Source: a bacterium (GTDB taxonomy: Bacteria; Krumholzibacteriota; Krumholzibacteriia; Krumholzibacteriales; Krumholzibacteriaceae). From it: DNA of 64,000 nucleotides. Location of the stretch: the NCBI GenBank assembly GCA_020350885.1, contig CP070727.1:2037163-2101162 (forward strand), in the 5' to 3' direction. The notes under the pieces are model-generated. The model had not been told where the DNA came from and did no database searches. It saw only the letters and a program-made list of their open reading frames with translations. Numbering within the stretch: the stretch's first letter is position 1; every line of letters starts with the position of its first letter. Below, piece after piece: positions 48,035-57,311 of this stretch. A program made the translations under genes and the position numbers.

Positions 48035-48811
48035 ATGACATACCACGTCAGGCTTTCACAGTTCGAAGGGCCTCTTGATCTTCTCCTCCATCTCATCTTC
48101 CGGGATAAAATCAACATTTACGATATCCCCATCAGCCACATAACGAGAGAATATCTCGCCTACATCGAGATCATGCAGGAACTCCAACTCGAGGTGGCGG
48201 GGGAGTTCTTCGTGATGGCTGCCACCCTCATGAGGATCAAGGCCCAGATGCTCCTGCCTCGGCAGGCATCCGAAGAGGAGGAGGAAGATCCAAGGGACGA
48301 GCTTGTACGCAATCTCCTCGAATATAAAAAATTCAAAGAGGTCGCACAGCACCTCGCCGAACGGGAGGACGACCGGCGAAAGGTCTTTACGAGGCCCCCG
48401 CTGAAGCTCGAATCTGAATCGGCTGAAGTACCCGCACTCGAGGTCACACTCTTCGACCTCGTCGGAGCCTTTCGCAAGGTTCTCGACGACCTGAAGAAAC
48501 AGGTATCCTACCGGATCGATCGCGAATCTGTAACCATCGAGGAAAAGATCGGACTCATACGCCGCCGGGTCGAGGACCGCTCCGAGGTTCTCTTTAGCGA
48601 ACTCTTCGATACCGGCATGGGAAAGATGGATGTGATCGTTACATTTCTTGCGATCCTCGAACTCATCCGGTTGGGTGAAATCGTGGCCCGCCAGATGTCC
48701 ATCGGCACCGATATCTGGCTTTACAGACCTGGTAACACGGCATATATTCAAGCGAACCGGATGAAACGGTCAGAAACCAACAAAGAAGATGCTCGAGAAG
48801 AAAGACGATAG
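48035..48811 (+). CDS. scpA: Segregation and condensation protein A
   Basis: MTYHVRLSQFEGPLDLLLHLIFRDKINIYDIPISHITREYLAYIE. The track ORF was trimmed to ATG 48035. Confidence 0.85.
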   Translation: MTYHVRLSQFEGPLDLLLHLIFRDKINIYDIPISHITREYLAYIEIMQELQLEVAGEFFVMAATLMRIKAQMLLPRQASEEEEEDPRDELVRNLLEYKKFKEVAQHLAEREDDRRKVFTRPPLKLESESAEVPALEVTLFDLVGAFRKVLDDLKKQVSYRIDRESVTIEEKIGLIRRRVEDRSEVLFSELFDTGMGKMDVIVTFLAILELIRLGEIVARQMSIGTDIWLYRPGNTAYIQANRMKRSETNKEDAREERR

Positions 48812-49430
48812 AGCCGAAAAGCATATTGAGAGAACGATCGAAGCACTGCTGTTCGCTTCGGATATACCGTTATCGAGGGGAAAACTGGTCTCACTCGCCG
48901 ACGCCCCCTCCGTGAGGGCGGTCCAGACGGCGATCGGTTCGCTCAAGGAGTTCTACAAGGAGCACAGACGAAGCTTCTGCATCGTCGAGGTTGCCGGTGG
49001 TTATCAGCTTACAACTCTTCCCGAGTTCTCGGGCGCGGTATCCCGTTTATTCAAGAGCAAACGGAAATCCCGGCTGTCCCAACCGGCCCTCGAGACCCTT
49101 GCCATCGTGGCCTACAAGCAACCGATCAGCCGCATGGAGATCGAGGCGCTGCGGGGTGTCAACTGCGAAGGCGTGCTCTCGACGTTGACCGATCGCGATT
49201 TGATTACGATTTCGGGAAGAGGAGAGGGTGTGGGCAGGCCGTACCTGTATGCAACGACAAAGACTTTTCTCGAATACCTCGGACTGAAGGACTTCAAAGA
49301 TCTTCCGAGCTTGGAGGAGATCGAACGCAGTCTCGAAGAAGTCAACCGTCCCGTTGCCGTGCCAGCGGACGTCACGGAACGGCCGGCGCACGACGAAGAG
49401 CTCTCTCAGACCGAACCGCATCCGGATTAG
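48789..49430 (+). CDS. scpB: Segregation and condensation protein B
   Basis: IEALLFASDIPLSRGKLVSLA...LETLAIVAYKQPISRMEIEALRGVNCEGVLSTL (tandem winged-helix). Confidence 0.85.
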   Translation: MLEKKDDRAEKHIERTIEALLFASDIPLSRGKLVSLADAPSVRAVQTAIGSLKEFYKEHRRSFCIVEVAGGYQLTTLPEFSGAVSRLFKSKRKSRLSQPALETLAIVAYKQPISRMEIEALRGVNCEGVLSTLTDRDLITISGRGEGVGRPYLYATTKTFLEYLGLKDFKDLPSLEEIERSLEEVNRPVAVPADVTERPAHDEELSQTEPHPD

Positions 49431-49432
49431 GG

Positions 49433-50197
49433 ATGCGGCGATCATACACCGAAGACGCCATGGCTTCGAAGGTGCGTATCAACCGATTCCTTGCCGCGGC
49501 AGGGCTCGGTTCGAGAAGGAAATGCGAGGATCTGATCAGGGCGGGTCTCGTATGTGTAAACGGGCAGAAGGTCGATCGTCTTGCCCGACTCGTCGATCCC
49601 GATAACGATGTCATAACGGTCGACGGGGAAAAAATCGCATGGAACCAAAAAAAGATCATCCTCGTACTCAATAAACCGGAAGGAGTACTGAGCACCGTAT
49701 CGGATTCATTCAATAGAAAAACGGTTATCGACTTGGCCCGGGAACATGGGTATACCGAGCGTTTGTTTCCCGTTGGGCGACTCGACCTCGACACGTCAGG
49801 AATAATAATAATCACCAATGATGGCGAGCTGGCCTACCGGCTCATGCATCCACGGTTCAAGATCGAGAAACGATATATCGTCACGGTCGAAGGGAGGGTT
49901 TCGCAGAGCACGATAGATGATCTCGTCACCGGTGTGGTGGCGGATGATTTCGTTACACAACCATGCACCATTCGTGTACTGAAACGGGGATCGGACACTA
50001 CGGAGCTCGACATTCGGCTGAAGGAAGGCATGAAAAGACAGATCAAACGCATGTTCGGCCTCTACGGCCACACGGTGGTCAAACTCAAGAGGGTAGCACT
50101 CGGCGGTATGGAATTCGGTGATGTGGAGATCGGCGATATCAGGCCGCTGACGCCGGCGGAGGAACGGCACCTGCGCCGTCTTGCAAAATTGGCATGA
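49433..50197 (+). CDS. rluB: Pseudouridine synthase, RsuA/RluB family
   Basis: S4 domain (VRINRFLAAAGLGSRRKCEDLIRAGLVCVNGQ) plus catalytic PVGRLDLDTSGIIIITNDGELA. Alternative ATG at 49460. Confidence 0.8.
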   Translation: MRRSYTEDAMASKVRINRFLAAAGLGSRRKCEDLIRAGLVCVNGQKVDRLARLVDPDNDVITVDGEKIAWNQKKIILVLNKPEGVLSTVSDSFNRKTVIDLAREHGYTERLFPVGRLDLDTSGIIIITNDGELAYRLMHPRFKIEKRYIVTVEGRVSQSTIDDLVTGVVADDFVTQPCTIRVLKRGSDTTELDIRLKEGMKRQIKRMFGLYGHTVVKLKRVALGGMEFGDVEIGDIRPLTPAEERHLRRLAKLA

Positions 50198-50211
50198 AGG
50201 AGTATATACCA

Positions 50212-51309
50212 ATGAAATTCAAGGATCTCATGCAGCCCCATCTACGAAACGTGAAACCGTACGTGCCGGGTAAGCCTATCGAGGAGCTGCGCCGTGAGAA
50301 AGACCACCTCGATGAGATTATCAAACTCGCCTCGAACGAGAATCCGTATCCACCGCTCGAAGAAGTCAAGCAGGCCATTGCCAACGAAATCGCCCATCTG
50401 AACAGGTATCCAAACTCCGGAAGCTACTATCTCTGCAGTGACTTGGCGGAATACCATCATCTCGATCACAACAAGCTATTCGTGGGGAACGGATCCAACG
50501 AGATCATCGACTTGCTAGTGCGGGCCTTTATAAGTCCGAACGAGGAGATCATCTATCCATTCCCGAGCTTCATCATATATCCGATCGTAACGCAGTTGGC
50601 TGGGGTGAAGGCCGTCGAGGTACCCCTGCAGGATTACCGGCTCGATTTACCGGCGATGAAACGAAGCATTACCGATAATACAAAGATGATATTCGTATGT
50701 AATCCCAACAATCCTACCGGGACGTACGTCAACCAGGCCGAGGTAGAGGCATTTCTGGACGGGATCCGGCAGGAGATCCTCATCGTCTTCGACGAGGCAT
50801 ACTATGAGTATGTAGTTGCAGAGGACTTTCCGAATACGATAGATCTTACGAAGAACAGGGACAACATCATCATTCTGCGTACCTTCTCGAAGATCCACTC
50901 ACTATCGGGATTGCGGATCGGCTATATGATCGCACACGAGGAGATCGTAACCTGCCTGCACAAGGTCAGGCAGCCGTTCAATGTGAATCGGATGGCACAG
51001 ATCGCCGCACGCGAGGCGCTGAAACACAGCGATAAAATACGGGCACGAATCGGCGAGAACCGCGAGCAGATGGCGTTTGTACGCGAGGAAATGCAGAAGC
51101 TCGGGTTCACCGTGCCGCCGTCTCAGACCAACTTTCTCCTCGCGGTACCGCCCCCGGATTCAGGTGATATCATCGAACGACTCATGGATCATGGTATCAT
51201 CGTTCGAGGCATGCGGCCGTTCGGTCTCGGCGGCGGAACCTTCCGGGTCACGATCGGTACAAGAGATGAAAACGTTAAATTCATAAATAAATTGAAAGAG
51301 CTACGGTAA
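50212..51309 (+). CDS. hisC: Histidinol-phosphate aminotransferase
   Basis: LASNENPYPP, pyridoxal-phosphate Lys region (TFSKIHSLSGLRIGY). ATG 50212 is preceded by AAGGAG 9 nt upstream. The track ORF start at 50194 would overlap rluB. Confidence 0.8.
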   Translation: MKFKDLMQPHLRNVKPYVPGKPIEELRREKDHLDEIIKLASNENPYPPLEEVKQAIANEIAHLNRYPNSGSYYLCSDLAEYHHLDHNKLFVGNGSNEIIDLLVRAFISPNEEIIYPFPSFIIYPIVTQLAGVKAVEVPLQDYRLDLPAMKRSITDNTKMIFVCNPNNPTGTYVNQAEVEAFLDGIRQEILIVFDEAYYEYVVAEDFPNTIDLTKNRDNIIILRTFSKIHSLSGLRIGYMIAHEEIVTCLHKVRQPFNVNRMAQIAAREALKHSDKIRARIGENREQMAFVREEMQKLGFTVPPSQTNFLLAVPPPDSGDIIERLMDHGIIVRGMRPFGLGGGTFRVTIGTRDENVKFINKLKELR

Positions 51310-51366
51310 TCCCCGTGCACCGGACCGCTCCTGATTCCGCAAACGTTTCTTCGGTATTCTCCACAC

Positions 51367-52731
51367 ATGAACAGGGATGAGAAGATACGTGATTCGTTGG
51401 AGAGGCTGGTCGTGACCATCGATGGCCCGGCCGGTTCCGGAAAGAGTACGACGGCCTCGATGCTCGCTGACCGTCTCGGATTGAAGTACCTGGATACCGG
51501 GGCCATGTACCGTGCGGTCACATGGAGTGTACTGCAACAAGGTATCGATCCAGAATCGGAAACCGATGTAACGCGCGTTGCCGAAACAATGGAACTCGAA
51601 CTACGCACCATCAACGGAAAGGCGACCTTCTTTCTCGAAGGGAAGAATATCGACACGGAGATCAGGAGCTCCGAGGTTTCACGGTATGTATCCCCGGTCA
51701 GCCGGTACCCGGGTGTCCGACGAGCAATGGTCAAACTTCAGAGAATGATCACCAAGGACGGCGGTGTGGTCGTCGAGGGCCGTGATACCGGCTCGGTCGT
51801 CTTTCCGTTTGCTCATATCAAGGTCTTTCTCGTCGCAGAGATCTCTGAGAGGGCCTTGCGGCGCCGTAAGCAGCTCGAAACGATCGGTATCGAACAAGAT
51901 ATAAACGAGATAACGGAGAACATCCTCGAACGGGACAGAATAGATTCCAGCAGAGACCACAGTCCGCTCGTGAGGCCTGTGGGATCGATCCTCGTAGACA
52001 CCTCGAACCTCTCCATCGACGAGCAGGTATCGATGATCGAGACCGAGGTGAGGAATGAAAACGAGCGCCTGGCTGATCTTCGGGTAGGGAGGGGGGAGAA
52101 GAACCCCTTCGGTGCGATGAGCCTCTACTATCGCATCTCACACTTTCTCGTCCGGTGGTTCTTCAAGCTCATCTTCGGACTACGGATCACCGGAAGCGAG
52201 AACCTCGAATTCAAGGAAAACTTACTCTTTGCGAGCAACCATCTCTCATATGCCGATCCTCCTATCGTCGGGTGCGCCTTGAATCGTGAAGTCTGGTTTG
52301 TCGCCAAGAAGGAGCTCTTCAAAAACAGGCTCTTTGCGTGGCTGATCAGGACCTATCATGCAATCGAAATCGACCGGGAGGAAATCAGCCGGAAATCGAT
52401 CAAAACGATCCTCGGCATACTGCGGAAAGGTATGTCCGTTCTCATGTTCCCCGAGGGTACCAGGTCTCTCGACGGCGATCTGGGCGAGCTGAAAAGCGGT
52501 CTTGGCTTCGTTGCACGGCTGTCCGGCACTACGATTATTCCGGTGTACGCATCGGGTACCAACGAGCTGAAGCAGTGCTTCCTCAGAAGGAAGAAACTCG
52601 AGGTCCGGATCGGTCCGCCCATACGGGTTCGGGCTGAAGGCGGCGCAGAGAGCAGAAAGAACGATAACACGATACTGAGCTCGATGGTGCGCCAGGCATT
52701 GAGGATACTCAAGGATGAAGCGCAGAATTAA
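51367..52731 (+). CDS. cmk: Fusion protein: cytidylate kinase (Cmk) N-terminal domain plus 1-acyl-sn-glycerol-3-phosphate acyltransferase (PlsC) C-terminal domain
   Basis: N-terminus VVTIDGPAGSGKSTTASMLADRLGLKYLDTGAMYRAVT (Cmk P-loop). A hydrophobic segment (YRISHFLVRWFFKLIFG). C-terminus has LPLAT motifs NHLSYADP (HX4D) and FPEGTRS. Confidence 0.75.
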   Translation: MNRDEKIRDSLERLVVTIDGPAGSGKSTTASMLADRLGLKYLDTGAMYRAVTWSVLQQGIDPESETDVTRVAETMELELRTINGKATFFLEGKNIDTEIRSSEVSRYVSPVSRYPGVRRAMVKLQRMITKDGGVVVEGRDTGSVVFPFAHIKVFLVAEISERALRRRKQLETIGIEQDINEITENILERDRIDSSRDHSPLVRPVGSILVDTSNLSIDEQVSMIETEVRNENERLADLRVGRGEKNPFGAMSLYYRISHFLVRWFFKLIFGLRITGSENLEFKENLLFASNHLSYADPPIVGCALNREVWFVAKKELFKNRLFAWLIRTYHAIEIDREEISRKSIKTILGILRKGMSVLMFPEGTRSLDGDLGELKSGLGFVARLSGTTIIPVYASGTNELKQCFLRRKKLEVRIGPPIRVRAEGGAESRKNDNTILSSMVRQALRILKDEAQN

Positions 52732-53575
52732 TGTGATTCGTTCCCCGTTCACAGGATTCTGTTTCGGGGTGAAGCGCGCTATGCGGTTGATCGAGCAGGG
52801 GCTTGCCGCACACGGTGTACCGATCTACACGCTCGGTGCGGTGATACATAATCCGCAGGAGGTCGAACGGCTGCGTTCACGCGGTGTCATGCCCGTCAAC
52901 TCGGTTGGCGAGCTCGAAAAGGGAGCGGTGCTCATCCTACGGGCTCATGGAGTCCATCCGGATTTTTACCGGGAGGCCAAACGGTTAGGTATACACCTGA
53001 TCGATGCGACATGCCCCTTCGTCCAGAGAAGCCAGAAGTACGTACAACGGCTCCTCGACGAGTCGTACAGGGTGATCATCATCGGAGACGGTACGCACCC
53101 CGAGGTACAGAGTATCAGCGGCCACGCGGGTGATCAGGCGATCATCATCGAAACGGTCGAAGAGGCACGTGCACTCGAACAGCTCGAAAAAGGCGGCGTC
53201 GTGATCCAGACGACGTTTTCCCGTGAGAAGGCACGGCAGATCATCGACATCCTCACCAGCCGGATACGGGATCTCCGTATCTATGACACGGTATGCCAGG
53301 CGACGGTCCTACGACGTGAGGCCACACTCGAACTGGCCGAAGATGTCGATCTGATGCTCGTCATCGGCGGCCGTGAAAGTTCAAACACGAGAAGACTATA
53401 CCAGATGTGCGTCGATGCCGGCATCCCCGCCCGTTTCATAGAGACCGCCGACGAGATCGACCCGACCTGGTTCGATGATTGCCGTACGGTGGGACTCACG
53501 ACCGGCACCTCCACACCGGATTGGGTGATCGAGGATGTACTCAAACGGCTGGACGAGATATCCAATGAGGGATAG
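52715..53575 (+). CDS. ispH: 4-hydroxy-3-methylbut-2-enyl diphosphate reductase
   Basis: FCFGVKRAM, conserved Cys residues (ATCPFV, TVCQAT), IHNPQEV. Overlaps the upstream gene by 17 nt. Confidence 0.85.
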   Translation: MKRRINVIRSPFTGFCFGVKRAMRLIEQGLAAHGVPIYTLGAVIHNPQEVERLRSRGVMPVNSVGELEKGAVLILRAHGVHPDFYREAKRLGIHLIDATCPFVQRSQKYVQRLLDESYRVIIIGDGTHPEVQSISGHAGDQAIIIETVEEARALEQLEKGGVVIQTTFSREKARQIIDILTSRIRDLRIYDTVCQATVLRREATLELAEDVDLMLVIGGRESSNTRRLYQMCVDAGIPARFIETADEIDPTWFDDCRTVGLTTGTSTPDWVIEDVLKRLDEISNEG

Positions 53576-53670
53576 AGCGGTTTGCGCGATATAAAAATAG
53601 CTTGCGTATTCAATGCAAAGTCCTTATCATATATGCTATTAAATTTCAAAGCGAAGGAGGAGTTTGATTA

Positions 53671-55866
53671 ATGTTAGAAGAGAAGTTTCAGGAAGAAGAG
53701 CATAACCCCGGTCTATCCGGGACAGAATCTCAGGAGGAGGGCGGTACCGGGAAACCCAGGAAACAGACAGGCTCATATCTCGATATCTTCGAGAAAGTAT
53801 CACCGGAAGAGCTAGCGAACGAGGAGACACAGGACAACCGGTGGGCCGAGATGTACGAAGAGGTGAACACCTCCTCGGAAGCCCTACAGGAAGGCAAGAT
53901 CGTCAAGGGAACCGTATACTCGGTGAACGACAAAGAAGTGATTCTCGATGTCGGATTCAAGAGCGAAGGAACGATCCCGATCGATGAATTCGCGAACTGC
54001 ACCGAGGTCAGCAAGGGGGATGTCTTCGACGTCTTCCTCGAGAAGATGGAGAACCAGGACGGTCTGATCGTTCTCTCCAAGGAGAAGGCGGATTTTCTCA
54101 AGGCATGGAACGACATCAAGAATTCTTATGATACCGGCAAGGTCGTTATCACTGCCGTCGATCGGAGGATCAAGGGCGGTCTCGTGGTGAAACTGATGGG
54201 AGTCGATGCGTTTCTCCCCGGCTCTCAGATCGCGCTCAGACAGGTACCGAACCTGGACGAGCTCATCGGCCAGGAACTGGAATGCAAGATCATCAAGCTC
54301 AACAAGAGACGGAGGAACATCGTCGTTTCCCGACGCGTCGTGCTGGAGGAGGAGCGGGAACAGAAGAAGAAAAAACTACTCGAAGAACTCGAGGTCGGAC
54401 AGGATCGGGAAGGTGTGGTCAAGAACATCACCGACTTCGGCGCCTTCGTGGATCTCGGGGGAATCGACGGCCTGCTTCACCTCACCGACCTCACCTGGGG
54501 CCGGGTCAGCCACCCGTCCGAGGTCGTTGCGATCGGTGACAAGATGAATGTCCGTATCCTCGACTTCGACCGTGAACGAGAGCGGATCTCGCTCGGCCTC
54601 AAGCAGCTTACCCCGTACCCATGGGAGGGAATCGAGGAGCGCTATCCGATCGGGACAAAGGTGAGAGGCAAGGTCGTATCGATCACCGATTACGGAGCCT
54701 TTGTCGAGCTCGAGAAGGGGATCGAGGGATTGATACATATCTCCGAGATGTCCTGGACACGCCACGTGAAGCACCCTTCCAAGGTCGTGGCAATCGGCGA
54801 CTCAGTCGAGGCCGTCGTTCTCAACGTGGACAAGGAGCACGAGAAGATATCGCTGGGGCTCAAGCAGCTCGAGCCGGACCCCTGGAAGGCCCTTGAAAAC
54901 AAGTACCCGCCCGGCACGCGACTCAAGGGCAAGGTCCGCAACCTCACCAACTTCGGTGCATTCGTCGAGATCGAGGACGGCATCGACGGTCTCGTCCACA
55001 TTTCGGACATGTCATGGGCGAAACGGGTACGTCATCCATCCGAGATGGTCAAGAAGGGCGATGAGGTCGAAGTCGTCGTTCTCGAGATTGACAGCGATAA
55101 GCGGCGTATCAGCCTCGGCATGAAGCAGACTCGAGAGAATCCATGGGCAGAGCTCGCAGCGGAGTTTACGATCGGTACCGTGACCACGGGTAGAATCACC
55201 CGCATTCTCGACCGTGGTGCTGTCGTTGAACTGAGAGAGGACGTCGAGGGATTCGTTCCACTCTCGCACCTCGGCATCGATGGTTTGAAGAAGCCGACCG
55301 AGTACTTCGAAACCGGAATCGATATACCGCTGAAGGTGATCAAGATGGATCCTCAAAACAAGCGGATCGTTCTGAGCATAACGGCGTACCTCGAGGAAAA
55401 ATCGAAGGACGAGGTCGAAGACTTCATGAAACGGTTCACCAAGAAGACACCCGCCGAGACGCTTCCGGAAGAAACAGCTGAAAGCCCAGAGGAGAAGGTC
55501 TCCGAAACCTATCCGGAATACGAGGACATCGAAACGGATGCTATGGATACGGAAGCTCCGCCGGAGGAACCCGGCGACACAGAGGAGAGACTGCAGGCGG
55601 ATGTCGAGGCGGCCGTTGAACCGACATCGGAGGACACACCGGCAGGATCCGAAGAGGGCGAGACGGCAGCGGCCGAAGAACCGGACAAACGGACCGCCGA
55701 ACCCTCCGGACCGGATACCGAGACACAACACCCAGAGAGTGGGACACCCGCCGATGCATCGGATGAGGCCGGTCCTGGTGAGCTCGATTCGGCGCGACCA
55801 CCCGACGAGCCAACGGGAGATACAGAGGAGCATCTTGGAACAGAGGACGAGGAGAAACAGAACTAG
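53671..55866 (+). CDS. rpsA: 30S ribosomal protein S1 with acidic N- and C-terminal extensions
   Basis: Six S1 domains (e.g. GKIVKGTVYSVNDKEVILDVGFKSEG, GTKVRGKVVSITDYGAFVELEKGIEGLIHISEMSW). A ~170-aa Glu/Asp/Pro/Thr-rich C-terminal tail. aaggaggag RBS. Confidence 0.9.
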   Translation: MLEEKFQEEEHNPGLSGTESQEEGGTGKPRKQTGSYLDIFEKVSPEELANEETQDNRWAEMYEEVNTSSEALQEGKIVKGTVYSVNDKEVILDVGFKSEGTIPIDEFANCTEVSKGDVFDVFLEKMENQDGLIVLSKEKADFLKAWNDIKNSYDTGKVVITAVDRRIKGGLVVKLMGVDAFLPGSQIALRQVPNLDELIGQELECKIIKLNKRRRNIVVSRRVVLEEEREQKKKKLLEELEVGQDREGVVKNITDFGAFVDLGGIDGLLHLTDLTWGRVSHPSEVVAIGDKMNVRILDFDRERERISLGLKQLTPYPWEGIEERYPIGTKVRGKVVSITDYGAFVELEKGIEGLIHISEMSWTRHVKHPSKVVAIGDSVEAVVLNVDKEHEKISLGLKQLEPDPWKALENKYPPGTRLKGKVRNLTNFGAFVEIEDGIDGLVHISDMSWAKRVRHPSEMVKKGDEVEVVVLEIDSDKRRISLGMKQTRENPWAELAAEFTIGTVTTGRITRILDRGAVVELREDVEGFVPLSHLGIDGLKKPTEYFETGIDIPLKVIKMDPQNKRIVLSITAYLEEKSKDEVEDFMKRFTKKTPAETLPEETAESPEEKVSETYPEYEDIETDAMDTEAPPEEPGDTEERLQADVEAAVEPTSEDTPAGSEEGETAAAEEPDKRTAEPSGPDTETQHPESGTPADASDEAGPGELDSARPPDEPTGDTEEHLGTEDEEKQN

Positions 55867-55916
55867 CCTCGTGCAGGAGACCAGGGAAGAGGGTCACATA
55901 CATGATGCGAGGAACA

Positions 55917-55944
55917 AGGGCGGGGCACCGCCCTCGTTCTTTTT
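55917..55944 (+). terminator. Rho-independent terminator after rpsA
   Basis: gggcgg-ggca-ccgccc hairpin followed by tcgttcttttt. Confidence 0.55.
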
Positions 55945-55949
55945 GAGCC

Positions 55950-57311
55950 ATGGATGAAAGATCGTTTTCGATAGTCACAATCGGCTGCAAGCTCAATCAG
56001 TACGAGTCCGAGTGCATACGGCAGGATCTCGAACACCGCCAGTGGTTGTACCGGCGGTTCGAGGAGGGTGCCGACTGCTTCATCATCAACTCGTGCACCG
56101 TCACGGGCAAGAGCGACTCCCGGTGCAGGAACATAGTAAGAAGAGCCAGACGGATAGCCCCGCAGGCAACGATCATCGTGACGGGCTGTTACGCCGAAAC
56201 GCAGCCGGGGAGACTCGAATGCATGGACGAGGTCGATCTGGTGATCGGCAATCAACTCAAGAAGAGTATCCCAGTGATCCTCGAAAGAATCGCCGCGGCA
56301 CGGGTACACGGGAAGCCGGAAGCGGCGGCGATCCATCCCGAAATCGTACCGGTGAATCAGGAGACCGTGATCGAACAATTCCACGATCATTCACGTCCCT
56401 TTATCAAGATACAGGAAGGATGCAACGCTTCCTGCAGCTACTGTATCATCCCGCGAGCGAGGGGGGAAAGCCGGAGCGTTCATCCAGAGACCGTCCTCCG
56501 ACAGGTGAGGCGCCTTCACGCAAACGGATACCAGGAGATCGTGCTTACCGGCACCCATATCGGACGGTACGGTGTCGACCTCGGTGATGTGAATCTCGAG
56601 ACACTCGTCTCCATGATACTCGATGACACGGCGGATCTCCGCATTCGTCTCAGCAGTATCGAGGTTACCGAGGTAACGGGGGGTCTCCTGTCACTCATGC
56701 GGCAGACGAATCGATTCGCCCCTCACCTCCACATACCCCTGCAGAGTGGAGATGATTCGATACTGAGAGCGATGAACAGACCGTACAGCTCGGAGCTTTT
56801 CAAGGAACGGATCCTCGAGGCTGCCGAAGCGCGGGACGGAGTATCGATCGGCACCGATATCATCGTCGGATTCCCCGGCGAAACCGAAGAGAGATTCACC
56901 CGCACGTACGATCTCGTCCGTGATCTGCCCGTTACCTATCTTCACGTCTTCAGTTTTTCGAGCAGGCCGAATACGATCGCTTCGAAGATGCCGCATCAAT
57001 GTTCTCCCGAAGCAAAGAAGCGCCGCAGCAGGAAGCTCATCCGGCTGGGAAAGGCAAAGAAGCGCACGTTTCTCCGTTCCCGGATCGGCACCCGTGAGAT
57101 AGCTCTGGTCCAAGGACCGACGCACCGTTTCTCCCGCTTCTCCCGCTCGCTCACGGGAAACTACTGCGAGGTATACCTCCGGTGTCCGCCGGAACAGAAT
57201 GGCAGGCTCCTGCCGATCACCATCAGCCATTACCTGCACGGCAGGTTGTACGGCCAGCCCACCGGTGAATCAATGAGTTCCACCCAACAGCGCCAGGAAA
57301 GCGGCCGATGA
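55950..57311 (+). CDS. mtaB: Radical-SAM methylthiotransferase, MtaB-like (MiaB/RimO family)
   Basis: MTTase N-domain (IVTIGCKLNQYESE), radical-SAM CxxxCxxC (CNASCSYCIIP), TRAM-like C-terminus. Confidence 0.6.
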   Translation: MDERSFSIVTIGCKLNQYESECIRQDLEHRQWLYRRFEEGADCFIINSCTVTGKSDSRCRNIVRRARRIAPQATIIVTGCYAETQPGRLECMDEVDLVIGNQLKKSIPVILERIAAARVHGKPEAAAIHPEIVPVNQETVIEQFHDHSRPFIKIQEGCNASCSYCIIPRARGESRSVHPETVLRQVRRLHANGYQEIVLTGTHIGRYGVDLGDVNLETLVSMILDDTADLRIRLSSIEVTEVTGGLLSLMRQTNRFAPHLHIPLQSGDDSILRAMNRPYSSELFKERILEAAEARDGVSIGTDIIVGFPGETEERFTRTYDLVRDLPVTYLHVFSFSSRPNTIASKMPHQCSPEAKKRRSRKLIRLGKAKKRTFLRSRIGTREIALVQGPTHRFSRFSRSLTGNYCEVYLRCPPEQNGRLLPITISHYLHGRLYGQPTGESMSSTQQRQESGR

